64,000 nucleotides of DNA from a plasmid. A program made the translations under genes and the position numbers. Below are positions 28,445-37,789 of the stretch, piece after piece (within the stretch, counting starts at the first letter, position 1; every line of letters starts with the position of its first letter). The notes under the pieces are model-generated. The model had not been told where the DNA came from. It searched no databases and saw only the letters and a program-made list of their open reading frames with translations. The stretch lies in the sequence record NZ_CP119397.1, one strand, 5' to 3'.

Positions 28445-29281
28445 TTATGGATAAACCACCCTGTAACCGTTCTCAGCCCTGAGAAGGCGGGCAAACCCGG
28501 CATGATTAAGATGCATTCCCGCAATAAGCAGTTTTTCCCTGACAGCCTGTTCTAGGAATTTTTGCCGTGTTTCTCTGGCCTGAACGAGATCCACATCAAA
28601 TGCAATGCCCACAGACGGGCAGGCTGACTGGACATGGGGAAAATGAACGAGATCGCCCCATATCATCAGGCTCTGGTCACCTGAATCAATGCGGAAGCCC
28701 ATATGCCCAGGCGTATGGCCCGGCAGCCATACAGGGCGAATCCCCGGCGTTATCTCTCTCTCATCAGCCAAACGTATCTTTCCGGCATAGGCGTTTAAGA
28801 CCTTACGCGCCAGAATGAAATTACGTTTGCCGCGCTCGTTGGCGCTTTGCTGTTTTTCATCATCCAGCCAGTGTTCAACTTCAAGTGGATGAAGATAAAG
28901 CTCAGCCTTTTTATAGACAGGCCCTCCGCGTTCATCCAGCAAGCCGCCAATATGATCGGGATGGCCGTGCGTCAATAATATTGTGTCAATATCATCAGGG
29001 TGGATGCCAAGCATCTCTTGTTTTTCCCGGAGTTGCCCGCCTACGTGGTTATGCCCACCTGCGCCGGCATCTATCAGGATAGTGCGTCCAGACCCACGGA
29101 TGAGGTAACAGTTGATATGGATGTGTCCATAATTCGCTATCCCGGCGCTGCGCTGGATACTTTCAGCTTCAGCGACCTGAATGCCTGACAGTAAATCCAG
29201 GGTTGCTTCCATTGTGCCATCGCTCAGCGCGATGACCTCATAACTGCCGACCTGACAGGACGGAAAAAGAGCTGATTGCAT
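28445..29281 (-). CDS. MBL-fold metallo-hydrolase
   Basis: THGHPDHIGG zinc-binding motif. Confidence 0.75.
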   Translation of the reverse strand: MQSALFPSCQVGSYEVIALSDGTMEATLDLLSGIQVAEAESIQRSAGIANYGHIHINCYLIRGSGRTILIDAGAGGHNHVGGQLREKQEMLGIHPDDIDTILLTHGHPDHIGGLLDERGGPVYKKAELYLHPLEVEHWLDDEKQQSANERGKRNFILARKVLNAYAGKIRLADEREITPGIRPVWLPGHTPGHMGFRIDSGDQSLMIWGDLVHFPHVQSACPSVGIAFDVDLVQARETRQKFLEQAVREKLLIAGMHLNHAGFARLLRAENGYRVVYP

Positions 29282-29437
29282 ACATACCCTTAAAGAGTGA
29301 AAACGAGCGATAACGTGGAGGATGACTTTTCATCATGCTAAACAAGGTATTCCTCTGTTAAAATCGATATTATTTCACTGCTTAGTGATATTTTGTCACT
29401 GAGAACAAGGCCTGCACAGGCATTCAAGGCTGCTATC

Positions 29438-30328
29438 ATGCCCATGAAAATCCCCAGTAGCCGCGCTCTGCTTGTCTTTGAGGCCGCAGCAAAGCACGGT
29501 AATTTCGCCCGCGCTGCGCAGGAATTGTCACTGACCGAGGGAGCAGTCAGCCGGCAGATAGCACGCCTTGAAACCATGCTGAATTGCAGGCTGTTTGATC
29601 GTACCGGCAGTCGCGTTAAGCTCAATCCGATTGGCGCCCGCTACGCACAACAGATACGCGAAACGCTTGAACGGCTCGAAAGGGATACCCAATCCATCAT
29701 GGGTATGCCGGAAGGCAGTACCAATCTGGATATCGCCGCACTGCCGACGTTTTCATGCCGCTGGCTGATTCCCCGCCTGCCCGGCTTTTACCTTCAGCAC
29801 CCTGATATCACAGTGAACATTGCCGCCAGAACCGATCCTTTTATTCTTGCCGGCAGTGGCTTTGATGCAGTGGTGCATTTTGATCATCCTGCATGGGCAG
29901 GCATGCATATGCAGTTTCTTTTCCAGGAAACGCTATTGCCCATCTGTCATCCAGCACTGGTTGAGAACAAAACAGATAACGCGGAATTAAATGCGCTTCC
30001 AAGGATCCACCGTCGCCAGAATCCGCAGGCATGGCAACACTATGCGCAGGAAACCGGGATCGTGCTTGATAAGCCGGCGCAGGGAATTCGCTATGATCTC
30101 CATGAAATGTCGATCGCCGCTGCGCTGTCAGGGCAAGGCGTCGCAATGGTGCCGCGCATGTATGTAGAAAGGGAATTAAATAACGGTGAGCTTGTTGCAC
30201 CCTGGCCTGAAGCCACATCATTAAGCAAAAGGTTTTTTTTAATTAAACCGGCCGAAACAAGCATTAATAACGCGGCGCTGCACGCCTTTGAGCGCTGGCT
30301 ATTGGCAGAGATTAAGCAAGAAACATAA
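29438..30328 (+). CDS. LysR family transcriptional regulator
   Basis: wHTH AAKHGNFARAAQELSLTEGAVSRQIARLE. Start at the internal Met is more plausible than at 29393. Confidence 0.75.
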   Translation: MPMKIPSSRALLVFEAAAKHGNFARAAQELSLTEGAVSRQIARLETMLNCRLFDRTGSRVKLNPIGARYAQQIRETLERLERDTQSIMGMPEGSTNLDIAALPTFSCRWLIPRLPGFYLQHPDITVNIAARTDPFILAGSGFDAVVHFDHPAWAGMHMQFLFQETLLPICHPALVENKTDNAELNALPRIHRRQNPQAWQHYAQETGIVLDKPAQGIRYDLHEMSIAAALSGQGVAMVPRMYVERELNNGELVAPWPEATSLSKRFFLIKPAETSINNAALHAFERWLLAEIKQET

Positions 30329-30430
30329 CCTCGCCGGTACTGATAAACGCTACCCCCGGCTCCATGTGCAGCCGTAACACCTCTTCCAGGCCACCCGCCA
30401 CCCGAAGAGGGGGGCGTTAAGGCCCATCAA

Positions 30431-30494
30431 TGCCCGCTTGCCGCTCAAAGCGGACATGGCACCCGCCCCAGGCGGTTCTGTGCCGGAGTGGGCA
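30431..30494. repeat. Copy 11 with covarying ends (TGCCCGCttgccgctcaaaGCGGACA ... TTCTGTGCCGGAGTGGGCA)
   Basis: The L-core TGCCCGC and R-core GTGGGCA change together relative to TGTCCGC/GCGGACA. Confidence 0.55.
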
Positions 30495-30586
30495 TCGATC
30501 ATAGAAAATGTGCCATTCTGAGCGCCCGGCGCGTATCCTGCCTGACATAATGACCCTGCGATGTGCGTACTTCTGAGGATGCCGAC

Positions 30587-31069
30587 ATGACCGCTTTTCA
30601 TCAACTGACAGCCACCAGCCTGCGTGGCCAGCTCATCCCAATGGCCGACTACGCCGGCAAGCTGGTTATCGTGGTGAATACCGCCAGCCATTGTGGATTC
30701 ACGCCACAATACGCAGGCCTTGAATCGCTCTACCAGAAATACGCTGAAAAGGGGCTGGTGGTGCTTGGTTTTCCCTGCAACCAGTTCGGTAAGCAGGAAC
30801 CCGGCGGTGCTGATGACATCGCGCAGACCTGCCACATCAACTACGGTGTGAGCTTCCCGATGTTCGGGAAAGTGGAGGTTAACGGCAGCTCAACGCACCC
30901 GGTGTTTCGTTACCTGAAAGCCGAGTTGCCCGGCGTACTGGGCAGGCGGATCACCTGGAACTTTACCAAGTTCCTGATCGGACGGGACGGTAAACCACTC
31001 AGGCGTTTTGCCCCGATCACCACCCCGGAGAAAATGGAAGCCGCCATCCTTACGGCACTTCAACGCTAA
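30587..31069 (+). CDS. Glutathione peroxidase (Cys-type, BtuE-like)
   Basis: NTASHCGFT active-site motif and FPCNQFG, WNFTKFL signatures. GAGGA RBS before ATG 30587. Confidence 0.85.
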   Translation: MTAFHQLTATSLRGQLIPMADYAGKLVIVVNTASHCGFTPQYAGLESLYQKYAEKGLVVLGFPCNQFGKQEPGGADDIAQTCHINYGVSFPMFGKVEVNGSSTHPVFRYLKAELPGVLGRRITWNFTKFLIGRDGKPLRRFAPITTPEKMEAAILTALQR

Positions 31070-31340
31070 GCGTTTCCCGGCACTGTTTGCGCCATGCAGC
31101 CTATCGCACGGCGGCTCAGAGTGAATGCCGGGTCAACATGTTGAATGAGTGTCAGCTTGCGACTGCACATGGGCGAACATCGGGCGGCACTTTGGCATGA
31201 AGGGCCGTACCCGTACGTCAACCCTGACAACAATGACACTCCTGTCATGACATTCTGCAACACGTCGAACAAAGGGCGGTCCCTGCCACAGGACCGTCAG
31301 CCCCCGGATAACCTGTTCACTGGCTTGCCGGCATAGCGGG

Positions 31341-31910
31341 TTACATCGACATCTGCTGGGCGGATTTCAGGTGCTGTTCAACCACCGGCGTATGCGCCTC
31401 GGCCAGGGCTTTCACATCCGGGTCCGTGATGTTTTTGGCGTCACTCTGTAGTTTCGACAGCACCATCTCGTGGTCTTTAGTGCCGGCGTTTTCCATGTAC
31501 ATCTTGTCAAATGCGCTGCCGCTTTGCGCTTCCAGCTTGGTGGCCATGGCTTTGTGCTCGGCGTCCGGCTCAGTCGGCAGTGCGATGCCTTTTTGCTGGG
31601 CGACCGTCTGTACTTTAGTCAAGGCACTGCCGTGGTCTTCGATCATCTTCTGGGCGAATGCTTTAACGTCACTGCTTTGGGCTTTACTCAGCGCGATCTT
31701 GGCGGCGGCGATTTCGTTAATATTGGCCTGTGCCATGTCCTTCACCGCTTTTTCATCACCGGCGCTGAGTTTGGTACCCGATGCGGCCTGGCCTGCGGCA
31801 CTGGTCTGCGCGGCGCTTGCCGGCGCCTGGGCTTGCACTGCGGCAGTGCTGAACATTGCGGCGACTGCCGATGCGACGAGCAGCCCTTTCAAGGTTTGGC
31901 TCTTTTGCAT
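31341..31910 (-). CDS. DUF4142-family periplasmic protein (signal peptide, Ala/Gln-rich)
   Basis: 189 aa with an N-terminal signal peptide and helical repeats typical of DUF4142 stress proteins. Confidence 0.6.
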   Translation of the reverse strand: MQKSQTLKGLLVASAVAAMFSTAAVQAQAPASAAQTSAAGQAASGTKLSAGDEKAVKDMAQANINEIAAAKIALSKAQSSDVKAFAQKMIEDHGSALTKVQTVAQQKGIALPTEPDAEHKAMATKLEAQSGSAFDKMYMENAGTKDHEMVLSKLQSDAKNITDPDVKALAEAHTPVVEQHLKSAQQMSM

Positions 31911-31973
31911 GTTGTTCTCCTGATGGTCATGGGGAGGGTAGGGGTCAGGTCATTAACCGTGCGCAACCTTGCA

Positions 31974-32050
31974 GGCAAATGACAACGGCACTATTCAGTA
32001 TAGATGAACAATCCGGGGCGGCAGGAATGGCGGCAGCGGGAGGCTGAAGC
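31974..32050. promoter_or_regulatory. Conserved upstream block B upstream of the DUF4142 gene (same motif as 18436-18513)
   Basis: GGCAAATGAC + CAGTATAGATGAAC + GGCGGCAGCGGGAGGC shared with block A. Confidence 0.45.
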
Positions 32051-32172
32051 TGACGTGATAGATGCCCTGAACGCTGAGAATGACAAAAAACGGCCTGAGC
32101 AAACCCAGATCAGAACAGCGCGTTTTTACCGGCGGGGGCATCATTCAACATGACGTTATCGGTAAGAGGGTT

Positions 32173-33075
32173 TCACGGCCGAGGTAATGCCCCTTTTTGG
32201 GCTTTTTCAAAGCCCTGTTTGTTTATTCTCATTGGCGTCACCGGCATACCATAAAAATCAAACGCCTCTCCGGTAATGTCCCCGCCAAGCTGGGTAATAA
32301 TCCTGACCGTTGTATCCCGGGCTTCGATGATTATCTCGTTATTGTGCTGGAAGCATTCTTTTAACGAGGTGAGGGCTAACCGTTTGCCTATCCCCATGCC
32401 TCTGTATTCCGGCTCAACGGCAAAACGCCCCCAGTGACACTGATCATTTTCCTGCCAGCAGGCTACGGCGCCCAGCAGATATTCTCCCGAACGCGCTACC
32501 CACCATTTGCCTGCGTATTCTTCAGGGATGCTGATGAGATGGTCAGGAATTTTCTGTTCATCAAAAAAGGTTTCACGTAAAAGACGGTCAACCTCTGAAC
32601 GTTGGTTTTCCCGCAAACGCTCAATCAGGATCCTCTCCGGATTACGCGCACAGTTGCGGCGGAATGCCCCTTTACGGAACGTGCTTAAGCCTTTAACAAG
32701 GGCTTCTACTTCATTATTTTCCATGTGCACATTGATAAAGCTCAGGTCTTTATCGGCTATGCTATTGGCTTTTGATAATGTTGCCTGGCCTGCCGTTGTG
32801 ATTCGGAAGTGTTTAACCCGTTTGTCTTTTGATATAAAAAGCGACTCAGCATAATCCTTCTCTATCAAAGCCGTTAACATCCGGCTTAGCGAGGCTTTAT
32901 CGATAGTTAACTGAATTTGAAGCTCATTGAATGACGTTATTCCGTTTTTGAACAAATAGGTGAGAAGATGAGCCTGCGTCAATGACAGTCCCGTCCCAAA
33001 ACAGTTTTTATCAAGTAACCCCAGCTCTCTGACGAGATAGCGTAATTCAGCCCGGATGTCATGAATATAAGACAT
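32173..33075 (-). CDS. MarR-type HTH fused to GNAT N-acetyltransferase
   Basis: N-terminal MarR wHTH (LSLTQAHLLTYLFKNGITSFNELQIQL), C-terminal GNAT motif A (RGMGIGKRL). Start at 33075 (AAGGGA RBS) is favoured over 33117. Confidence 0.65.
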   Translation of the reverse strand: MSYIHDIRAELRYLVRELGLLDKNCFGTGLSLTQAHLLTYLFKNGITSFNELQIQLTIDKASLSRMLTALIEKDYAESLFISKDKRVKHFRITTAGQATLSKANSIADKDLSFINVHMENNEVEALVKGLSTFRKGAFRRNCARNPERILIERLRENQRSEVDRLLRETFFDEQKIPDHLISIPEEYAGKWWVARSGEYLLGAVACWQENDQCHWGRFAVEPEYRGMGIGKRLALTSLKECFQHNNEIIIEARDTTVRIITQLGGDITGEAFDFYGMPVTPMRINKQGFEKAQKGALPRP

Positions 33076-33089
33076 AAATTCCCTTATTG

Positions 33090-33158
33090 TTGATACTATC
33101 AATTTTTTATTTAACATGGGGTCGCAATGTTGTCAATAATATTGGTTGATAGTATCAA
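33090..33158. promoter_or_regulatory. Pair of 13-bp palindromes TTGATA(C/G)TATCAA in the 5' region of the MarR-GNAT gene; candidate autoregulatory operators
   Basis: 33090-33102 TTGATACTATCAA and 33146-33158 TTGATAGTATCAA, inverse copies of each other, 43 bp apart. Confidence 0.45.
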
Positions 33159-33204
33159 CAAAGTTGAATAACGGGTCTCCTGTGGCGGTGAAGCCTGTCT
33201 CTGC

Positions 33205-34035
33205 CTACATCTTTTGGCGATCTGCGCCGTAGGCCACGGCTTTCAGTGCGTGCAGCGCGTCCAGGCGCATCTGCAATGCCGCGTCAATATTGTCATAGGC
33301 GGTGCTGCCGAGCGGCAGGCGTAACAGGGGGCCGGCAGCATCAGCCGCGGTGATTATCGCCGTAACGCATTTTTGCGCATCCCCCTTAATCGCAAACTCA
33401 CCGCTCATCAGCGCTGCCCGCAGTTTTCCTGCTGCCGTCTCACGGTACACGGGTAAGGCATCAGCGATATCCAGCCCCGCACCAAACTGCGTCGCCGTCG
33501 GCCCCGGCTCTACCAGCAAGAAGTCGATGCCGAACGCCGCCACTTCCTGCCGCACCGCTTCGACAAAACCTTCTATGCCCCATTTAGTGGCGTGATACAC
33601 ACTGAAACCGGGATAAGCGATCTGGCCCCCTTCTGAGGAAACCTGCACGATACGGCCGCCGCCCTGTTGCCGCATAAACGGAATCACTGCGCGAATCAGC
33701 TGGATTGAGCCGGTGAGATTGGTCGCGATCTGCCGTTCAATCTGCCTGTCGTCCAGTTCTTCCGCTGCGCCAAACAGCCCATAAGCCGCGTTGCTCACCA
33801 CCACATCAATCCGCCCCGCCTGAGCAAATGCCGCTTCAACGAGGGGCCTGATGGTGGCCGTCTTACTGATATCAAGCACCACCACCTGCAAATTATCACC
33901 GTATTGCACGCGCATATCCTCTAATGCCGCTTCACGCCGGACACTTGCCACGACCCGATCGCCACGGGCCAGCAGGTTTTCACACATCAGGCGGCCCAGT
34001 CCGCTGGATGCGCCGGTAATCAGCCAGGTTTTCAT
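33205..34035 (-). CDS. SDR family oxidoreductase
   Basis: TGASSGLG and YHATKWGIEG motifs. Start at the second ATG (GGAG RBS 9 nt upstream). Confidence 0.8.
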   Translation of the reverse strand: MKTWLITGASSGLGRLMCENLLARGDRVVASVRREAALEDMRVQYGDNLQVVVLDISKTATIRPLVEAAFAQAGRIDVVVSNAAYGLFGAAEELDDRQIERQIATNLTGSIQLIRAVIPFMRQQGGGRIVQVSSEGGQIAYPGFSVYHATKWGIEGFVEAVRQEVAAFGIDFLLVEPGPTATQFGAGLDIADALPVYRETAAGKLRAALMSGEFAIKGDAQKCVTAIITAADAAGPLLRLPLGSTAYDNIDAALQMRLDALHALKAVAYGADRQKM

Positions 34036-34120
34036 GATTTTCATCTCCGTTTAGTGAACTGACGTTCAGCTTAAAACAAATGATTGATGGCATAATCTCC
34101 CCAAACCGGCATGAGATGGT

Positions 34121-35038
34121 GTGAAATATTCAACAATGAGACGCCCTTCCTGGAACGAATTACTGGCAGTAAAAACAGTGGCCGACCAGCGCAGTTTTCG
34201 CCGCGCTGCCGATGTGCTCGGGCTGAAACGTTCAACGCTCAGCCATACGATCAAAGGGCTGGAGACGGCGCTTGGCGTGCGGCTTTTCCACCGGACAACC
34301 CGAAGCGTGGCATTGACCGAAACCGGCGAAATGCTGATTGAACGCCTGGCACCGCTGCTCACCCAGATGGATGAGCTGCTGAACGACGTGACCGCCAGCG
34401 ACCATCAGCCCTATGGGACACTGCGCATCAGCGCCAGTGATGCCGCGATCAGCCTGCTGCTGGAAGCCATATTGCCGGCATTCATCCAGAAATATCCGGG
34501 GATTGAAATGGATGTCGTCGCGCAAGGCCAGTTGGTGGATATTGTGGAGCAGGGGTTTGATGCAGGCATACGGCTGTTTGAAGATGTGCCTAAAGATATG
34601 GTGGCCGTTTCCCTGAGCGGGCCGTTGCGCTTTGTTACGGTGGCCTCGCCTGATTACCTGGCCTCGCGGCCTGAAATTCAGCATCCACAGGATGTCATGC
34701 AGCACACCTGCTTACGGCAGCGCCTGCCGGGCGGGAAACGTTACCATTGGGAATATCAGCAGGATGAGCAACAGTTTGCCCTGGATGTTCCGGGCAGCCT
34801 GACCCTTAACAGCAGCGCGTTAATGGTTGAGGCGGCTGTTGCCGGGATGGGCCTGGCCTATGTGCCGGAGCGCTATGCCCGGCCGTGGCTGTCAACCCAA
34901 CAACTGGTAACGTTGTTAGACGACTGGACGATAGCGTCACAAGGTATGGCGCTCTACTTCCCGCAGAATCGTCATATGCCCGTCGCGTTACGGCTGTTTA
35001 TTGATACGGTAAACGCGACCCTGCGCCCCCGCCATTGA
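34121..35038 (+). CDS. LysR family transcriptional regulator
   Basis: wHTH FRRAADVLGLKRSTLSHTIKGLE. Divergent from the SDR gene. Confidence 0.8.
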   Translation: MKYSTMRRPSWNELLAVKTVADQRSFRRAADVLGLKRSTLSHTIKGLETALGVRLFHRTTRSVALTETGEMLIERLAPLLTQMDELLNDVTASDHQPYGTLRISASDAAISLLLEAILPAFIQKYPGIEMDVVAQGQLVDIVEQGFDAGIRLFEDVPKDMVAVSLSGPLRFVTVASPDYLASRPEIQHPQDVMQHTCLRQRLPGGKRYHWEYQQDEQQFALDVPGSLTLNSSALMVEAAVAGMGLAYVPERYARPWLSTQQLVTLLDDWTIASQGMALYFPQNRHMPVALRLFIDTVNATLRPRH

Positions 35039-35084
35039 GTTCCGGCCCTGGTCATAAAATCACACGGGTGAAAAGGGATACCAG

Positions 35085-35121
35085 GCCCTGACAGGGGGCC
35101 GCTTTGTGCCGGAAGCGGACA
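35085..35121. repeat. R-end copy (CTTTGTGCCGGAAGCGGACA) preceded by a short GC hairpin
   Basis: Seen directly. Confidence 0.45.
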
Positions 35122-35131
35122 GCAGGGCGGG

Positions 35132-36028
35132 CTAACGCAACCCAAGTGCCTCAATCACCGCGGCGATCTCCGCGCAATCCTGGGCAGAGAGCGGCTTCAG
35201 CGGGCGCGGTAAGCAGGTGGGGCTAACCAGCCCCAGCACCCCTGCCGCTGCGGCCATTACGCGGAGGCTGCCGCCGTGGCGGCGGAACAACGCCCACAGC
35301 GGTGCCAGGCGCTCAGTAAGGGCAGTAACCTGGGCCTTGTCACCACGGGCAGCGGCATCGGTGATGGCTTTTGCCGTCTGGGGGAACAGCCCGCCACACA
35401 CCGAGTACCAGACTTCGCAGCCCGCGTTCAGCCCCAGGCCCGCAAAGGCATCCCCGCTGATCCCGAGGGTCACCGTGGCCGGGATCTTTTCGCGCAGTTG
35501 CTGTACGCGGGCGTTGGCCGCGGCCGCTTCCGCAGGCACGCCGGGGATCTTGATGGAGCCAATGCGCGGCAGTGCGGCGATGCGGCCGTGCAGCTCATCA
35601 GAGAAGGTGAAATGGGTGGTGCCGGGGTTGTCATAAACGCAGACCGGCACGGAAACATGGCGCGATACGGTGTCAAACAGCCCGTAAACCTCCTCCTCCG
35701 TCAGCGTCTGGTAAGACATCGCCGGCAACAGCAGACCATCCGCCCCGGCGTGCTGGGCATCATCCGCCAGATCCAACACCTGGCGGGTGCTGACCGCCCC
35801 GATAGAGACCATCATCGGGATCGTCCCGGCCTGCGCTTTCGCCAGCGCCGCTACCCGTTTGCGCTGTTCACGGGTCAGGTAGGCGTAGCTCCCGGTTGAG
35901 CCGAGCACGCCCAGTGAATCCACCCCCGCGCTGACCAGGCGTTCCAGAAGGCGCTGGAACCCGGCATCGTCGATGTCGCCGTCCGGTGTGAACGGCGTCA
36001 GGGGGAAGGCACTTAATCCGTTGAACAT
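35132..36028 (-). CDS. Dihydrodipicolinate synthase / N-acetylneuraminate lyase family (DapA-like) aldolase
   Basis: 298 aa TIM-barrel Schiff-base lyase pattern (GSTGSYAYLT, catalytic Lys region IKIP). Confidence 0.75.
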   Translation of the reverse strand: MFNGLSAFPLTPFTPDGDIDDAGFQRLLERLVSAGVDSLGVLGSTGSYAYLTREQRKRVAALAKAQAGTIPMMVSIGAVSTRQVLDLADDAQHAGADGLLLPAMSYQTLTEEEVYGLFDTVSRHVSVPVCVYDNPGTTHFTFSDELHGRIAALPRIGSIKIPGVPAEAAAANARVQQLREKIPATVTLGISGDAFAGLGLNAGCEVWYSVCGGLFPQTAKAITDAAARGDKAQVTALTERLAPLWALFRRHGGSLRVMAAAAGVLGLVSPTCLPRPLKPLSAQDCAEIAAVIEALGLR

Positions 36029-36072
36029 GGCAAACTCCTTCTTTTTTCGTGAGATGGAAAAGCGGGCGCGGG

Positions 36073-36942
36073 TCAGCGCCCTTTTTTCTTGCGGCCGGGC
36101 TGGGTAAAGCGCTTGCGCCCGGCCGGTGCGCCGCCGGATTTGTCCGCGCTTTTCGGCGCGCTGCCGGCGGGCTTTTTCACCTGCGGTTTGGCCTGCGCTT
36201 TTTTCGCCGGTTTATCTTCGGAGGTGGAGTTTTCAAGCAATTTGAAAAGGTCGATCAGCTCATCGTCGGTCAGGTCACGCCATTCGCCCTGCGGCAGCCC
36301 TTTCAGGCTGATGTTCATGATGCGCGTACGTTCCAGCTTGGTGACTTCATAGCCAAAATGCTGGCACATACGGCGGATCTGGCGGTTAAGCCCCTGCACC
36401 AGCGTGATGCGGAACACAAACGGTGCCTCTTTTTTCACTTTGCACTTTTTGGTGACCGTGCCGAGCATCGGCACCCCGGCGCCCATCCCGCGGATAAACT
36501 CGTCGGTGACCGGCTTATTCACCGTGACCACATACTCTTTTTCGTGATCGTTACCGGCTCGCAGGATTTTATTGACCAGGTCGCCGTGGTTGGTCAGCAG
36601 GATCAGCCCTTGTGAGTCTTTATCCAGCCGCCCGATAGGGAACACGCGTTTGCTGTGGTTCACAAAATCAACAATGTTGTCCTGCTCACCCTCTTCGGTG
36701 GTGCTGACGATCCCTACCGGTTTATTCAGCGCGATCAACACCAGATCTTCTTCATTGCGCGCTTCAATCAGCCGGCCGTTCACTTTCACCACATCCCCGG
36801 CCGAGACCTGATCGCCAATCGTTGCGCGTTTGCCGTTAATAAAAACCAGCCCTTGTTCAATGTAACGGTCGGCTTCGCGACGGGAGCAGATACCGCTCTC
36901 GCTGATGTATTTGTTAAGACGGGTGGTTGAATGGCTCAGCAT
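36073..36942 (-). CDS. rluF: 23S rRNA pseudouridine synthase RluF
   Basis: 289 aa with the S4 domain, RsuA-family catalytic Asp ([10 protein letters not shown]) and a Lys/Arg/Ala-rich C-terminal tail. Closely resembles enterobacterial RluF. Confidence 0.8.
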   Translation of the reverse strand: MLSHSTTRLNKYISESGICSRREADRYIEQGLVFINGKRATIGDQVSAGDVVKVNGRLIEARNEEDLVLIALNKPVGIVSTTEEGEQDNIVDFVNHSKRVFPIGRLDKDSQGLILLTNHGDLVNKILRAGNDHEKEYVVTVNKPVTDEFIRGMGAGVPMLGTVTKKCKVKKEAPFVFRITLVQGLNRQIRRMCQHFGYEVTKLERTRIMNISLKGLPQGEWRDLTDDELIDLFKLLENSTSEDKPAKKAQAKPQVKKPAGSAPKSADKSGGAPAGRKRFTQPGRKKKGR

Positions 36943-37050
36943 GGTTCCTCCAAAAAAAACGGACTATACCCTACGCCCGGCAGGTTGCGAAGCCTGGCCG
37001 CGGGAAATCCGCGCAGGCGGCTGAAGCGCATACAGGCCGCAGCCGCCCGG

Positions 37051-37626
37051 CTATTTTTGCTGCTGCCGGAAGCGGGCCACTTTGGCGCGGTTGCCGCACA
37101 GCGCCATGCTGCACCAGCGGCGGCGATGCGCTTTGGTTTGGTCGTAGAACCACAGCGTGCATTCCGGATGCTCGCACTCCCGCACCCGCGCAAAATCCCC
37201 TTCTGCCAGCAAAGACGCCGCCCGTTCCGCCACCGGCCCCAGCAGCGCGGCCGGGGTCTGTTCCGGATAGACGCGCGTGATGTGCAGCGCGCCGTCTTCC
37301 CCGGTGATTAACTGGTTGCAGCCCCCGGCCGCCGCCAGCGCACGGTTCAGCGGCGTGACGTCCGGCGTGCGGCCGGCTTTTTTCTGCGCCACCAGCACCC
37401 GGAGGGTGTCACGCAACTGCCGTGCCTGATGCAGCAGCCCGCCGGGGGCAGCTGCCGCCGCGTGGCCTGCTGCCAGCCCGGCCTGCACCAGCCAGCGAAG
37501 GACATCCTCATCAGATTGCCAGGCGTCATGGGGTTCTCCCCCGGCTTGCGCCACGCTGTTGATGAAATCAAGCGCCGGGTGGTCGGCCAGAAAAAGCGGG
37601 CCGGTGGGGGTGGGGTGAAGAGACAT
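37051..37626 (-). CDS. CGNR zinc-finger domain protein (ABATE + zf-CGNR)
   Basis: C-terminal CEHPECTLWFYDQTKAHRRRWCSMALCGNRAKVARFR carries the CGNR motif. Confidence 0.75.
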   Translation of the reverse strand: MSLHPTPTGPLFLADHPALDFINSVAQAGGEPHDAWQSDEDVLRWLVQAGLAAGHAAAAAPGGLLHQARQLRDTLRVLVAQKKAGRTPDVTPLNRALAAAGGCNQLITGEDGALHITRVYPEQTPAALLGPVAERAASLLAEGDFARVRECEHPECTLWFYDQTKAHRRRWCSMALCGNRAKVARFRQQQK

Positions 37627-37700
37627 CAGATTCCTCAGGCAGTGTTAACGTCATCTGACTGTAACCGATAAACAGCAGGATGAACAGTTACGCGCGGCAA

Positions 37701-37789
37701 GTTGTAACCGTTAAAAATAACATTGACAGGTTACAAGATCCCGCCATACTGAAAATGTAACCTGTAAAACGCATTTTAACCGTTACAAC
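37701..37789. promoter_or_regulatory. Nested inverted repeats (GTTGTAACCGTTAAAA ... CAGGTTACA ... TGTAACCTG ... TTTTAACCGTTACAAC) with an embedded TTGACA -35-like hexamer, in the divergent region between the CGNR gene and the hydrolase gene
   Basis: Seen directly. Inner 9-bp arms are perfect. Outer 16-bp arms have one central mismatch. Confidence 0.45.

Noticed and set aside
16100-35200. Possibility that the repeats are integron attC sites with the 202-aa recombinase as IntI
   Set aside because: The recombinase is far too short for IntI and lacks its characteristic extra domain. The repeats lack the GTTRRRY core sites. Flanking genes are in both orientations without a Pc/attI arrangement.
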